From Phoronis australis (lineage: Eukaryota > Animalia > Phoronida), in assembly GCA_002633005.1 (NCBI GenBank), contig NMRA01000233.1:186001-250000 (forward strand): a DNA stretch of 64,000 nucleotides, read 5' to 3'. The translations under genes and the position numbers were made by a program. A model generated the notes under the pieces. It did not search any database, was not told where the DNA came from, and saw only the letters and a program-made list of their open reading frames with translations. Positions 12,511 to 23,640 of this stretch are shown piece by piece (positions within the stretch are counted from its first letter, which is position 1; each line of letters opens with the position of its first letter).

Positions 12511-14373
12511 ACAACCCCAGTCGTGAAAGACTACGAGAGTACCAGTATCAAGCTTGCAAACAAAAAGTCAAGTCGTGTTTTTAACGAAGTTTGCAATAAA
12601 AGTTGATGTACTTATTTCAAAGAGTTTCAACAATACTATTCCTCTTGAAGACCGTTATTAGCAAATCATTATTAATGAAGAATTGTTCGCACGGAACTCG
12701 CAGTGGCGTTCTGACTATTAGAAGATCGCGTGCAGTGGACGTATCTAATGTATGAATGTACTAAAAGAGCACAAACTTTCAATCGCATAAAAAAGAATTT
12801 CTGCGATTTTTGTAGCGCAAATTGAACTCATAAAGCATGCCAGGCTTCCACCGGGAAGAACTAGAATTCATATTAACACGAATGAATTACAAATATGTCT
12901 TGGGGGAGGGTCCCCAACGCCCCATAGGTACGCTCTGTCTCCCGTGCTTTCGCGGCTGCCTGTCAGGTACCTGTACTTGTGTGCACATCTTCGGTAGTAA
13001 CCTAAAAATTCCATACCGTGAATAAGGGATTTGAAAAAAGTCTTGCAACTCTGGCAGCAGGCAGTGAACTCAGAATTGGTGTGCCTTCAGTTTTCACATT
13101 GTGTTGCCATGCGATAACTCAAATTCTCAAAGTTATTTGTACCAAGCTTTCTGATTTACATGTACAAAAATCAACTCATAGACGATTTTAATTATTCTAA
13201 GCTACTCTTGTAAGAAATTGGTAATGCTGCAGAGAACTTTAATGTAGGTGAAAATGTCCACCCATTCTACCCTAAACAACAATAGGCTCTAGGTGTTTTA
13301 TGCCAGTCTGAAAAAACCCGCTAAGTTTCAATGAACTTTGACGCAGGATGATGAAATTCGGGCAGTTAATATCATTTACCCGCCCCTGAGGGTCACCCAC
13401 TAGAAACTCGGGTACCCGGCATTTTCAACGAGGGATTTTGATGCAGACACTTAAACAGTGTACAGGGACCCCCAAATCGCACCCTAATAAAGTGAGCTTT
13501 CTCCACAACTGGAGCCTAAGAGAGGAAAATTTGAGCTTAGGCATCATTTCTACTATCGGAAATGGGCGAAACTATAACGGAAGCTTTCCTACACGATATT
13601 TCAGTTATTCATTCTGAGGTGATGTTAGCGGTATTTCTTCGGGTTTCGCAGTCCGCAACAGGCGTTTCGTATTATACCGCCTAAAGGACAGTACACGATT
13701 TTTTGTCATCATTTGAATTTCATAAAGGTCAAAGTCATGTCCTAACTGCGTAACCAAGAAACGTCTCCTCCCCAGGAATAAAATGTAGCCCTCCTTCGTC
13801 AAATTTTTTTGAAGTACGGGTCCCCATGTTCTCGTGACTGCCTCCACGGGGTTTGTCCCCACAAACAGCGAAGGCCGCACGCATGCGAAATTGGCGATGA
13901 TGAGGCTGAAGAGGTGGCGATAAAGAAGAATCGATTTTGGGACTACGTGTGCAAAAGCACGGTTTGCGAAATCAAATTTATTCTTTGCCCTCCAATAATT
14001 TTTACCTTCCTACGGGTCTGGTACAGCGAACAAAGAAGGGTCTCATTTGTTTCGCGCTTCCCTCCATCAAGCAAACCTTCTGCCACCCATGTCAACAGAG
14101 ATATTTCAGAGCGTGCACAAGACGATTATGATCCATAATAATGGTATTATTCTGTGAATATAGAAACCCGAAGATTTCAAACGTATCTCGAATGAACACT
14201 AGGTCAATTTATTCCAGTGTATGGTTTGCGGGATAAATTTGTTACATAAGATACGATAACGTCGTACGGCAACTGACGAATGTTGGACCAATGTGCTTTT
14301 GATGCCCGATATCACAAGATAATGTCATGTGTGCTTTTTTCGTCTCGCATGTAAAGATAACTCTGACCCCAGA

Positions 14374-14511
14374 CGTGCGTTCAGTAACGCTAGAACCTAG
14401 CTAAAATCTAGCCGAAGTCACGTGCTCTTATTTAAAATACACGGCCATGTCTCATGTAATCTCACGAGGTCTCGCTTTTTAGCGAGGTCCTAGTGTTACT
14501 GAACGGGAGGC
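14374..14511. mobile_element. Palindromic MITE, family B copy 1
   Basis: cgttcagtaacgctag...ctagtgttactgaacg; homologous to 17011-17164. Confidence 0.8.
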
Positions 14512-14788
14512 AGGTTTCAAAGGATACACGCTTGTGTTGGCTTAAGAAGTCATTGAGTTCATGTCGCTTTGAGCCATCTAACGACTGCAGCGAACCAAAC
14601 GGATTGCATCATACATGTTCTCTACCAATAGTTACTGAACTTCGGCTTTCGACACGATTTAATGTAACAACACTACGTCATTGTTGAAAAGAAAGTGATA
14701 TTTACGGAACACGAACACTAGGCAAATGAGTACTCAACTCGCTGGCAGTCGAGAACTTATGGGCCTCCAACACTTTTTGAAGACCTAT

Positions 14789-15140
14789 GGCCAGGGTTCC
14801 AATCCTTTTACTCGAAATGAAACTCGAAATTATATTTGGCATTTTCTACTACTTTTGAGCGAAAACAAGAAAAGTGTCTATTATTCTATGCTCGAGTACA
14901 TAATAACTTGCATGGATAATTCTTTAGCCCTAGTTTGCAGTTGACAAACCCAACATTAAGTCTAAAAGTTCGTGTTTCAACTCGAAATTTCGAGTTTTTA
15001 CTTGAGCTTGTAGCATGAATATAAGGTCGCCAAGTGCAAACTTGTACCAGAAACTCGTATGCGTAAACTATGATGTATTCGAGCACAGTCTAATAACCAC
15101 ATGTATGAATTCGTACAAAAGTAGCAAAGAAATTGCCAAA
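14789..15140. mobile_element. Truncated foldback element, Harbinger-like
   Basis: Starts ggccagggttccaatc, similar to the 36916 TIR. Internal inverted segments ttggcattttctactactttt / aaaagtagcaaagaaattgccaa. The peptide MLEYII reads on both strands. Confidence 0.5.
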
Positions 15141-15515
15141 GCCCAGAAGTTCGCTTCGCGACAGCCCTAGAAGCAGTAGGCATACGCTGTTAACGTTTTG
15201 ACATGGGAGGAGGGGGACCATGCCGACTGCAACCACCCCTAAATCCACCTATGAAGCTTCTAACAGTCAGAATTTATTATTTCAACAATTCAGTAAGAGC
15301 TGAAGTAGCCATAAACCCGTTCTCCGCCAAAAATAAATTAATTCTTCATTTCGATCGTCGATATAGAACTAGATTCATTTCGTTCTACACTCAGACTAGA
15401 TGTGGTTCCTGGCTTTAGAGAGAACCGGACGATAGTTATAATTGTTTTACATCATGATCGATAGGTTGAATTGTAACGGCGGGTCATTCAATGATATGCT
15501 CAGAGTAGACCCCTG

Positions 15516-15917
15516 TGGCCGGTTGCATGAAACAGTCCCAAATACGGACTCATCTAAGGTCCATAAGTCTTTTTGTGTATTTGTGTATGTATGGACTAAC
15601 AGATGCAATATTTTTCTATCATTTCATTTTGATTACGAGCTCCTCTTTGATTAACGACATTTTCTAATATTATAACTAAAAACTGAGCCCAGAATTCATT
15701 GAAAATATATAGGGACTCAGTCCTTAAATTAGGGGTGTTGCATGAAAAGGTCCCTAATTACTTTCGAAAATATTGACAATTTAACGTAGATCACTTTCGA
15801 TTTGCATCAAAACAATGCAAGAAAGGGCAATCTATGTTTTCACAAGTCCAAAAATACGCAGTAGATTTAGGGAACTTAGTTGAGTCCCTATTTAGGACTG
15901 TATTATGCAACCGGGCA
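15516..15917. mobile_element. PIF/Harbinger-like MITE
   Basis: About 50-bp imperfect TIR ggccggttgcatgaaacagtccc / ggactgtattatgcaaccgggc; flanks ctg/cag (CWG). Confidence 0.7.
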
Positions 15918-16420
15918 CAGAAATCATTTTCTCTGTAAGTAAGGAATAAGTTGAACACAATTTTGCATCGGTAAGTGGTCTGAATCAAAAGTCAGTTTGT
16001 TCGATCGCCGGCGTGCTAGCCACGTTAATTACACATGTGCAAGAGATGGTAACGCAAACTATGCGCCGGTACACATTACAAGCATTTTTTAAAGTGCATT
16101 TCATATTTACAAGGGCAAAAAGTCTATGAAAAATGCTTTCGAGAAAATTCAGTTGTGTTTTTATGTCTATATTTATTTTTCTTTAAAAGGATACCAAACC
16201 TGATTTAAGCCTATTAACATATATTGAAAAGGATTTTCCTATCCGGCTCTCTGAAATAAGGCTCTGTAACCCTCGCCAACCCTTATAAGTTTGGAGTAAA
16301 AGTTGAAAACCCCTTTCAAAGTCTGCTAAACGGGCAAGCATGACTTATGGTTTAGGGAAGTTACACGACAACTGTATTGAAAAACCCCCACCAAGAACCG
16401 TAATATACAACGTGTGACAC

Positions 16421-16491
16421 CTCGCTGGTCCACCACGTGCCTAGCCAGCGCGGCTACCGCCCTACCTAGCGGCACGCAGGGAACCAGCGAG
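16421..16491. mobile_element. Internally deleted relative of the 59263-59723 foldback element
   Basis: ctcgctggt..cgtgcctagccagc..ggcacgcagggaaccagcgag matches both ends of that element. Confidence 0.6.
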
Positions 16492-17010
16492 AGTATGACA
16501 CAGGGAGCATGATTTTTTAGTCCAATCCTGGTTTTGTCATTCAGAGCTTGGACGCCAATGATGCATTACCACATCACAGGACGAGGATTGGTTGAAATCA
16601 CCAAAACAGAATTTAGTATCCTTTGTTAAAAAATTTGTCATCCAATACGGGTTGTTGATATCATCATGCCACCGCAAATGGAATGTTGTTATTTATTTAT
16701 TATTTATTTATTCTTGTAATATTTACAATGAGGATAGCTCCATCAGTTCACACTGCTTTCCATGGAGGCCCTCAGTGTGTTGTCTTTTTAAATTACTTAC
16801 AATCTTGATGCATTTGTCATCACAAGCACAATTACTTGCGCAATGTTTTCTGCAGAAATTCTTACATTTTTACCAAAAAGGTGTGAAATACCCTATAAAA
16901 ACGCATGTCAAAAACAAGTTGAAATGACCTTTACCTTAGAGAACAATCTTTTTGCATTGCTGAAGATACGAAACAATTTGTCGGTCACTTAAACTAGAAG
17001 GGATATCTGG

Positions 17011-17164
17011 CGTGCGTTCCGGCAGTAACGCTAAGACCTACGCTGGGACCTAGCTAAAATCTAGCCAAAGTCACGTGTTGTCATTTGAAATACACGGCAA
17101 TATCTCGCGTAATCTCGCGCAATCGTGCTTTTTAGCGATGTCCTAGCGTTACTGAACGGGAGGC
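17011..17164. mobile_element. Palindromic MITE, family B copy 2
   Basis: Shares acctagctaaaatctagcc..gtcacgtg..gtcctag.gttactgaacgggaggc with copy 1. Confidence 0.8.
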
Positions 17165-17521
17165 TGGACTTGCTTGCGCGTCATGTTATATATGCGCCGA
17201 ACATTGCCTCAAGCTGTAAGGAACAATCAATAATGAGACGGAGGCTTTAAAATAGCAACTTGGCGAGTGGTCACGTACGTGGGACCGGATACCAGTGGCC
17301 TCTAGAGGACAAGGAAACAATTTATAACTTTCGTTTAAAACACATTCCTTGTAATCACATACACCGTGAAAGGGTCTTTTCACGAAGTCAAACTGTTCCC
17401 CTATGGCCACCCGCTGCGAAGACAAAGTAACTTCTGGTTCAGCTAGGTGGCGATATGAGTCGATCCCACGTGATCAATCTCCCACTGCTTCATGAAAATC
17501 TCGCACTGCGGGAAGCAACGG

Positions 17522-17800
17522 TCACGTTGTGCAGGCAGCACGATCTCAAGTAGTAACCAATTATGTTCTGCCGACTGATCTCGTCTCTAGGTTCCTCAGT
17601 GCAACCGGCTCCAATTCGCTCATACTCAAATTCGTCAGCTGAACAAACATCCCTGAATAAACTGGTTCAACATCTGAGTGAACATGCCAATGACCCGATC
17701 ATACAACCTTGTGCAATGAATCGCATTCTCAAGAGGTGTAGTGTTTTCATTGCCTGGCGATGGGAGGAGGAAGATTTTGATTATAAGCCTACCATGTGGA
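17522..17800 (-). pseudogene. Possible decayed PIF/Harbinger transposase C-terminal fragment
   Basis: LLPSPGNENTTPLENAIHCTRLYDRVIGMF is followed, in another frame, by NIIGYYLRSCCLHN. These resemble the DDE_Tnp_4 motifs N..H..TR..IER.FG and II.ACC.LHN. Confidence 0.35.
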
Positions 17801-17896
17801 GAAATATTTTTGTAGGTGAAATTTTCGGTCACTTCAAACTTATCACCTTGTTAAAAATCGTCAAGAAAAGCTACAATACTTCAACACGGGGGTAGA

Positions 17897-18891
17897 CAGT
17901 GGCGGATCTAGGATATCACAAGGGGGGCCCAACATTTTGTATGTAAACATGTGCGCAAAGCACGATTCTAGATGCGCATAGCACGGAATGGGAGGAGGTC
18001 GGGAGGGGGGTTTGGCTGGCCCCTCCCGCCCAGGAAAATTTTTCTGTTTTTTCCTAAAAAAATCAAGCATTTTCCTTGATTCCTGAAGTATTATCCAAGA
18101 AAAAAATCACGGAGAACGTGTCAAACTTGAAAAACTGCAATTACTACAGACTCGAGCTCACGACCTGGCGGATAGCGCGCGCATGGTTTACCACAGCACC
18201 ACCACGATTTGTCACTAAGAGGCCTACTTGTTTATGGTCCACAGCGTTTGCGCGCGAAGCCTACTTCTTTTTGTAATGCTTATTACACTTTTTATATTTT
18301 GTGGAATCAGTTCGTAACAAATTTATTGTATTTAAAATAGTCTTCAATTTCCAAAAGGCCAAATCCGTTTTTTGCGTTGACATTAATGACGCGCCGATTG
18401 CTTTGGAAATCGTCTTAAGTTAAGGTTTGACAAAGAGAGAATTATGAGTTTCTGAGTGATTCACTAAGGCTTCGATTGAAAATCACATCTTACCAGCAGC
18501 TTCTGGTTTTTCATCGTCACTCAGATTCCATTTTCTTTAAAAAATGAAGTAATTTTCTTCATTGCACAGTGAAGCAGACGACGGAAACGGAGTCGTAGTG
18601 CGCAGCGCCACTGCCGGTCGCCTGGGATATCGCGGGAGAGCCTATACTTAGCCATAGTTCCGTCACGATTGCGCCGTGTACCTAATTGGACACTTGAAAT
18701 TGGATCTGATCCCACCCCCCCCCTTCCAAACACACTAAAACTGTACACATTTGAATTTTGTTTCAGCCGTATAATGTTAATTACCGGGGTTAATTAATAA
18801 ACTTAACATTTCCCTACGCTCTTGCTGTTAGATTTTTTGCGGCAAGGGGGTGGGGCCCGGGCCTCCTGCTCACCCCTTAAATCCGCCTGTG
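17897..18891. mobile_element. About 1-kb non-autonomous hAT-like element
   Basis: Termini cagtggcggatcta / taaatccgcctgtg with G/C-rich subtermini; flanks gtaga/gtaaa. Confidence 0.55.
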
Positions 18892-19469
18892 GTAAACAGT
18901 AGACATATAAATATGACCTCACTTACCGTTTGGGAATGCTCACTGCAACATTTATTGCCATTTTCACCGTACATCCTTTTCGACTCGACTCCCTTGCACC
19001 GAAAGTGTATAAAATGGCGATGTTGTTTAAGGTCTATGTTTCCGTATTTGTTAAAAGCTAGTGTTGGTTTGTGCAGTGACACGGTATTATTTGGGAACAA
19101 TTCTTTCTGCATTTTGTTTTTGCATGGTTGGATCTTGGCGACATTTTTGCTATTGGTTGTTTTAACATGTTTCAAGATGTGAAAAAGTAATCAAAATGTC
19201 ATCAAAAGCATACGTTAGCAGCAAGCTCGTGAAAATGGCGACACTTGTGAATGATCAGTCCCTCAGGCTATGAGAATGTCGACATCTAACATGCAACAAA
19301 TAGGCACAATCTGACAAATACCTCCTCACCGAGTCCATTAATACGTTTTACACTCGTTTGTGCAATGCCTTGGAACGGCGCTATTCCAAATAGTCTCAAA
19401 AAGTAGTTTTTATGAGAGGTTACCTTCATCTGGTAAAGTTTCATAGACAGGAAGGCATTTGCGACAAAT

Positions 19470-19548
19470 AGGCTGGTCTTACGGAACGGAAACACCGAAT
19501 TCAAACCCATAATTCAACGGTTCTACCTCGCCAACCAATCACATCATT
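19470..19548 (+). repeat. Interspersed repeat fragment, family D copy 1
   Basis: gaacggaaacaccgaattcaaacccataattcaa matches about 58755-58788. Confidence 0.6.
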
Positions 19549-19648
19549 GGCCGCCCTTTTGCTAGGTTAAGCTTCCAAGTATATGAATGCAGGATTACGT
19601 TTTTTCTTGTAAATTGTTAATAAAGATGCTTTCTACACGAACCAGGTC

Positions 19649-19804
19649 CAGTGCTGCAGTGGTAAAATTAGACGTAAGTAGGCGCCCAAGGCCCACCGTG
19701 TCGCCTTGAGCACTGAACGTAACTTACGGTGCGTAGGCGCTACGTCCAAATGCCAAAAGGTTATTGGCTGCTCCTACGCCCGACTACGCCCCACTACAGC
19801 ACTG
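19649..19804 (+). mobile_element. hAT MITE, family C copy 1, 8-bp TSD
   Basis: TIR cagtgctgcagtgg / ccactacagcactg; exact TSD accaggtc. Confidence 0.9.
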
Positions 19805-20231
19805 ACCAGGTCATCTGCTCGTATTTTTGACGAGTTGAAGACATATTTGACAGTGGTGGCTCATCGCATTTCACGTCTGGTTTAATTTGTTGATCAAAAA
19901 TATTAACATCAAGCTTAATGAGGTAGGGACTACCGGGACTAACAGTTGATCATTGATCTGCAAGAATGATTGGTGTTATCAAACATATTTTTATTAAAAT
20001 AAAAAACCGGGCTGGTAATTGAAACTAAAAATTATTTGACCATCAATTCTGTTTTCTTGCTTTTAATAATTCTTACATTTATTTCATGTGTTAGGTTTCA
20101 AAGATCAATCTGGACCAAGTTGAATTTTAAAATTAAAACACCTAGTTCGTTCGTTCAAAGCATAACCTGAAAAAATAACCCATCTTGTTTTAGAGCTCAA
20201 CTTAACTGCAAGCATAGTTATCATGTTTCTT

Positions 20232-20551
20232 CAGGGGCCTCGTTCATCAGGGGGAATTGTGTCTGTGCCTTCTGAGAGGGGATTTTTTTCGCCGAGTGAG
20301 GGGGAAATTCTACCTACGGATCACCATAAATAGCACCCCCGCCTTGTTGCAAGCTCTCATAGGCTTTGTCTAAAGTAGCATTTGATGCTCTTTCAAATTG
20401 TCACCTGTGTGGTTACAGGTGATTTAAACTTCTTGGGGAAAATTTCAATCACTTTAGGGGAGTTTTTAGGCCTCATGGGGGGAATTTCGCGTAACTTTTT
20501 CAATGTTTTTGAGAGGGAATAGGTCCCAAAATCGAGGGATTGAGGGCCCTG
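20232..20551. mobile_element. hAT-like MITE with ggggaatt-type internal motifs
   Basis: Termini caggggcctc / gagggccctg; flanks ttctt/tcctt. Confidence 0.6.
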
Positions 20552-21146
20552 TCCTTTCTGGAAAGAAATGCATCATGTTTCAACCCGTAATCATGAAAAC
20601 ACAGCCTGGCTGGCCGAAGATTTACCGGTCATTGCTATGATGCTCGGCAACCGAGATGCGACAAAATGTGATCAAACTTTCGAAAATATTTTTCTTCGTC
20701 GCGGCGTATGGCAACGACTCAACGCTTCCGAATCTCAACGTCCTGAAGGATTGTAAATGTCAGTATTTTTTCTATCGCCCTTCGAGCAACGCGGAACACA
20801 ACTATGCGGATTAGCTTTACGGAGCAATCGTAGTGAACCTCGTTTTGGAGCACGCTTCGTGTCTGCGTGATTCAGGCGCATTTCACGCGATACACCCCAC
20901 GAGTTAACACTGAGAAGTTGACTATCTTATGAAAAGGTTAGTGTAGCTAGTCACAGTTCTCCACAAGTCCATGATGATTTCCCAGGGGAAAACAAAAACT
21001 TGACCCGGAATGAAAAGGTTACCAAGACTATTTCATAATGTGTTAATGACAAGTGGAAATGAACAATTAAATAAGGGAGTGTATATGAATATGTCAATCT
21101 CAATATGGCGTGGAAAATATGTTGTTCATTTCTTATCTGCTGTAGA

Positions 21147-22335
21147 GTTGCTTTTACACGACAAACGATTGACACGGAACGAGTTGGCACGGCGTGAGTT
21201 GATATGTTTCAGTACTATGGCGACATTATCGGAAACTGTCAACACGGAAGTCAGCCATAGGAGGCCAGTCGGCGCACGCTCTGGCTAACAACGCAAAGCC
21301 CCAAACCAATGAAGAACTCCAGCTATAGCTAGCATCATGGCAATGTGCAGAGTACAACGTCGGAGGTCACGCCACCCCTGTTTGGCTTACTTTCAGCCGT
21401 CAGGAGCTCGAGTGAAGTGCCTTGCATGCTCCTTGTCACACTGACGTTCGCGAACTATGGCATTTGAACAGGTTGTTGAATACATAATCGAATGGCAGTT
21501 TGTAGATGTAGCGTGAAAGTCGTCACTCGTAAGTACGCTATTGCCGCGCCATATTGAAATTCACTAAAGTAAACCCGCCGGACGGCGATCAGGTGTTCGT
21601 TGGCCATGCGTTCAGCGCTACTTACAGATCCCATGTAATGGCGACGCCGGGAGGTTTCAACCTACAAGTATAAATACCGTTTTAACACATTTCCTGCTGT
21701 TATAATGCCGGCAAATTCCCACTGTTGTGCGGTGGGGGTGTACTAATGTCTTATAAAAAGGCAAACCTCTTGAAATATCAATGGATGAGCAAGGACATCA
21801 TGTTTCATATATTTGTCCCACGGCGAAGAAGTGTATCCGTCAATTAAGCCTGGGTGTGGCTCATAAAGAGTGAGAATTTCGAACCCAGCCGATGTTAAAA
21901 AAGCTAAAATAAGTTAGTGAACTTAAACTAATCAAATTAGTGAACCAATCAAATTTATCCCTCTGCTTTTAAATTAATGAACCACTTTGTTGTAATTGAA
22001 TTTTTGTCCACCAAATCTGAGTCATGAACAATCGGAAGTCAATTTCGTGCACTCATTACTCTGGAGAGCGCCAATACGAAAAGTCCCCTGTAGAGGTGAC
22101 CCTGTCTAGCTTGCCATCGGTTTGTGTTTAGAGGTATAGTTGACACCAAGCGAGATGATCAGACGCAATTTACTCTACCTCAAAATCGGGTTCCAAAATT
22201 GTCACCGTGGTGCCAATTTGTTTCGTGTCAGTTCTGTTTACACACATGGTCTCTAATTCCTATACTTGTGCCCAATCATCTAAGAGCCATCCCGTGTCAG
22301 TTGTTCCGTGTCAACTAAAGTCGTGTGAATGCGAC
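21147..22335. mobile_element. About 1.2-kb non-autonomous Harbinger-like element
   Basis: Diverged TIR of about 45 bp: gttgcttttacacgacaaacgattgacacggaacgagttggcacgg versus ccgtgtcagttgttccgtgtcaactaaagtcgtgtgaatgcgac. Confidence 0.55.
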
Positions 22336-22799
22336 ACACGTTTCATGAAACAGCGAGACAATAAATAATGCCAGCTCAAAAACCAGTAATTTCTGTTGTC
22401 ACAAATGTTTCGCTTAGGATGTATGACTGAGTGTGACTGGGGGATGGTAAAGTGAGTTTCACATCATTCAATTCGTCAATTTCACCCTCGGTGGACCCCT
22501 ACTTCAGATAGCCCCCGTTGTCACAACTTGACCACGCCGTGCCCAACTGCACCCCGACAATTGTTCATCATCGCGTTTTTAAGCATCGTCGACATTTGGA
22601 AGACCCGAAGATCTCATCAGGTCCCTCCTCTGGGATCGACAAGTTGTTATCGAAGATTTTTTTACTTCGTTTTAGTCCCACGAATGATTTCTCTGTAACA
22701 TTTAATGATAATTCAAGTCCAGCGATGGATCAAACATTTTATCAACGGAGATTTATTTATACATGATATCACAAATGGGAGTAATACATTCCTGATGAT

Positions 22800-23640
22800 A
22801 TTTACACAATTTCTAACTTCCTTTGATCTGCTTTCTGCAAAAAATGTATCACACCTCTGTTTTACTGCCTAGAACTCATCAATTTAATGCAAACGTAAAT
22901 TTTGTTATTATAGTCTGAAAACTTGATACATTCTTCCTTTGTCTATTTTCATACATTGGACATTCTAAAAATCAATTTTGTCTTCTAAAGCACTATTCTT
23001 CACGCAAAAAACACTTTCTTTGATCTTAACAGATTCGCAGCTGTCTCCCTATTTCAATCATTAAAACATGATTTGAGCAAGGAAACTTGGCTGTCTTCTG
23101 ATTCGTGCATTGCTGTGGCGCACATCTCTTTGACAGGTAAATAGTCTTTTGAAACTTACATACATGCTCAACTTGCTTGTGGATAACACTTCCGTAAGCT
23201 AGCTTTGATCTTTATAACTGTCAACACAAGGTTTTCTGGAAACATCCAGAAAAGCGCTCACATTTCCCACACCTTGGTGGTACCAAACTTCCACGAAGTT
23301 GTAACCAAAAGGTACTTTTATACATGAAGCTGACTATCCTAGATCTCGGCATCATAACTAAGGATTGGGAAATTTTTCTTACCGAATAAATGACAGTCAT
23401 ATTTTTAACTTGTGCATATACCGTTTCATAATAAAATGACTTTGGACGCCTGACTTGCAAGAGACCTTAGTGCCCTTGGTTCAAACACCTAAAAGTTAAT
23501 CCATTGATAGTGTTTGAATTATGTATCTATCTGGACTCCATTCATATACCACTTTTCATATCCTATAAAATAGCCATCGCTTCTGCAAACTAATATTTAG
23601 TATTTTTTATTTATTTCGTGTTGACATTAAGCTTCATTTT
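22800..23640 (-). pseudogene. Decayed LINE ORF2 3' end (RT C-terminus through the CCHC knuckle region)
   Basis: Ordered remnants KLNVNTK, KWYMNGVQID, SKLSMYVSFK, SNHVLMIEIGR, QRKC and FLECPMYENR match L.VN..KTK, SKL..Y..FK, S.H.L.IE.GR and H....CP.Y...R. Many stops and frameshifts. Confidence 0.75.

Noticed and set aside
16961-16975. CTGAAGATACGAAAC minimal hammerhead-like core (also CTGATGAG at about 42375)
   Set aside because: Only 3 nt lie between the core halves and I could not find supporting stems. The second site lacks GAAA.
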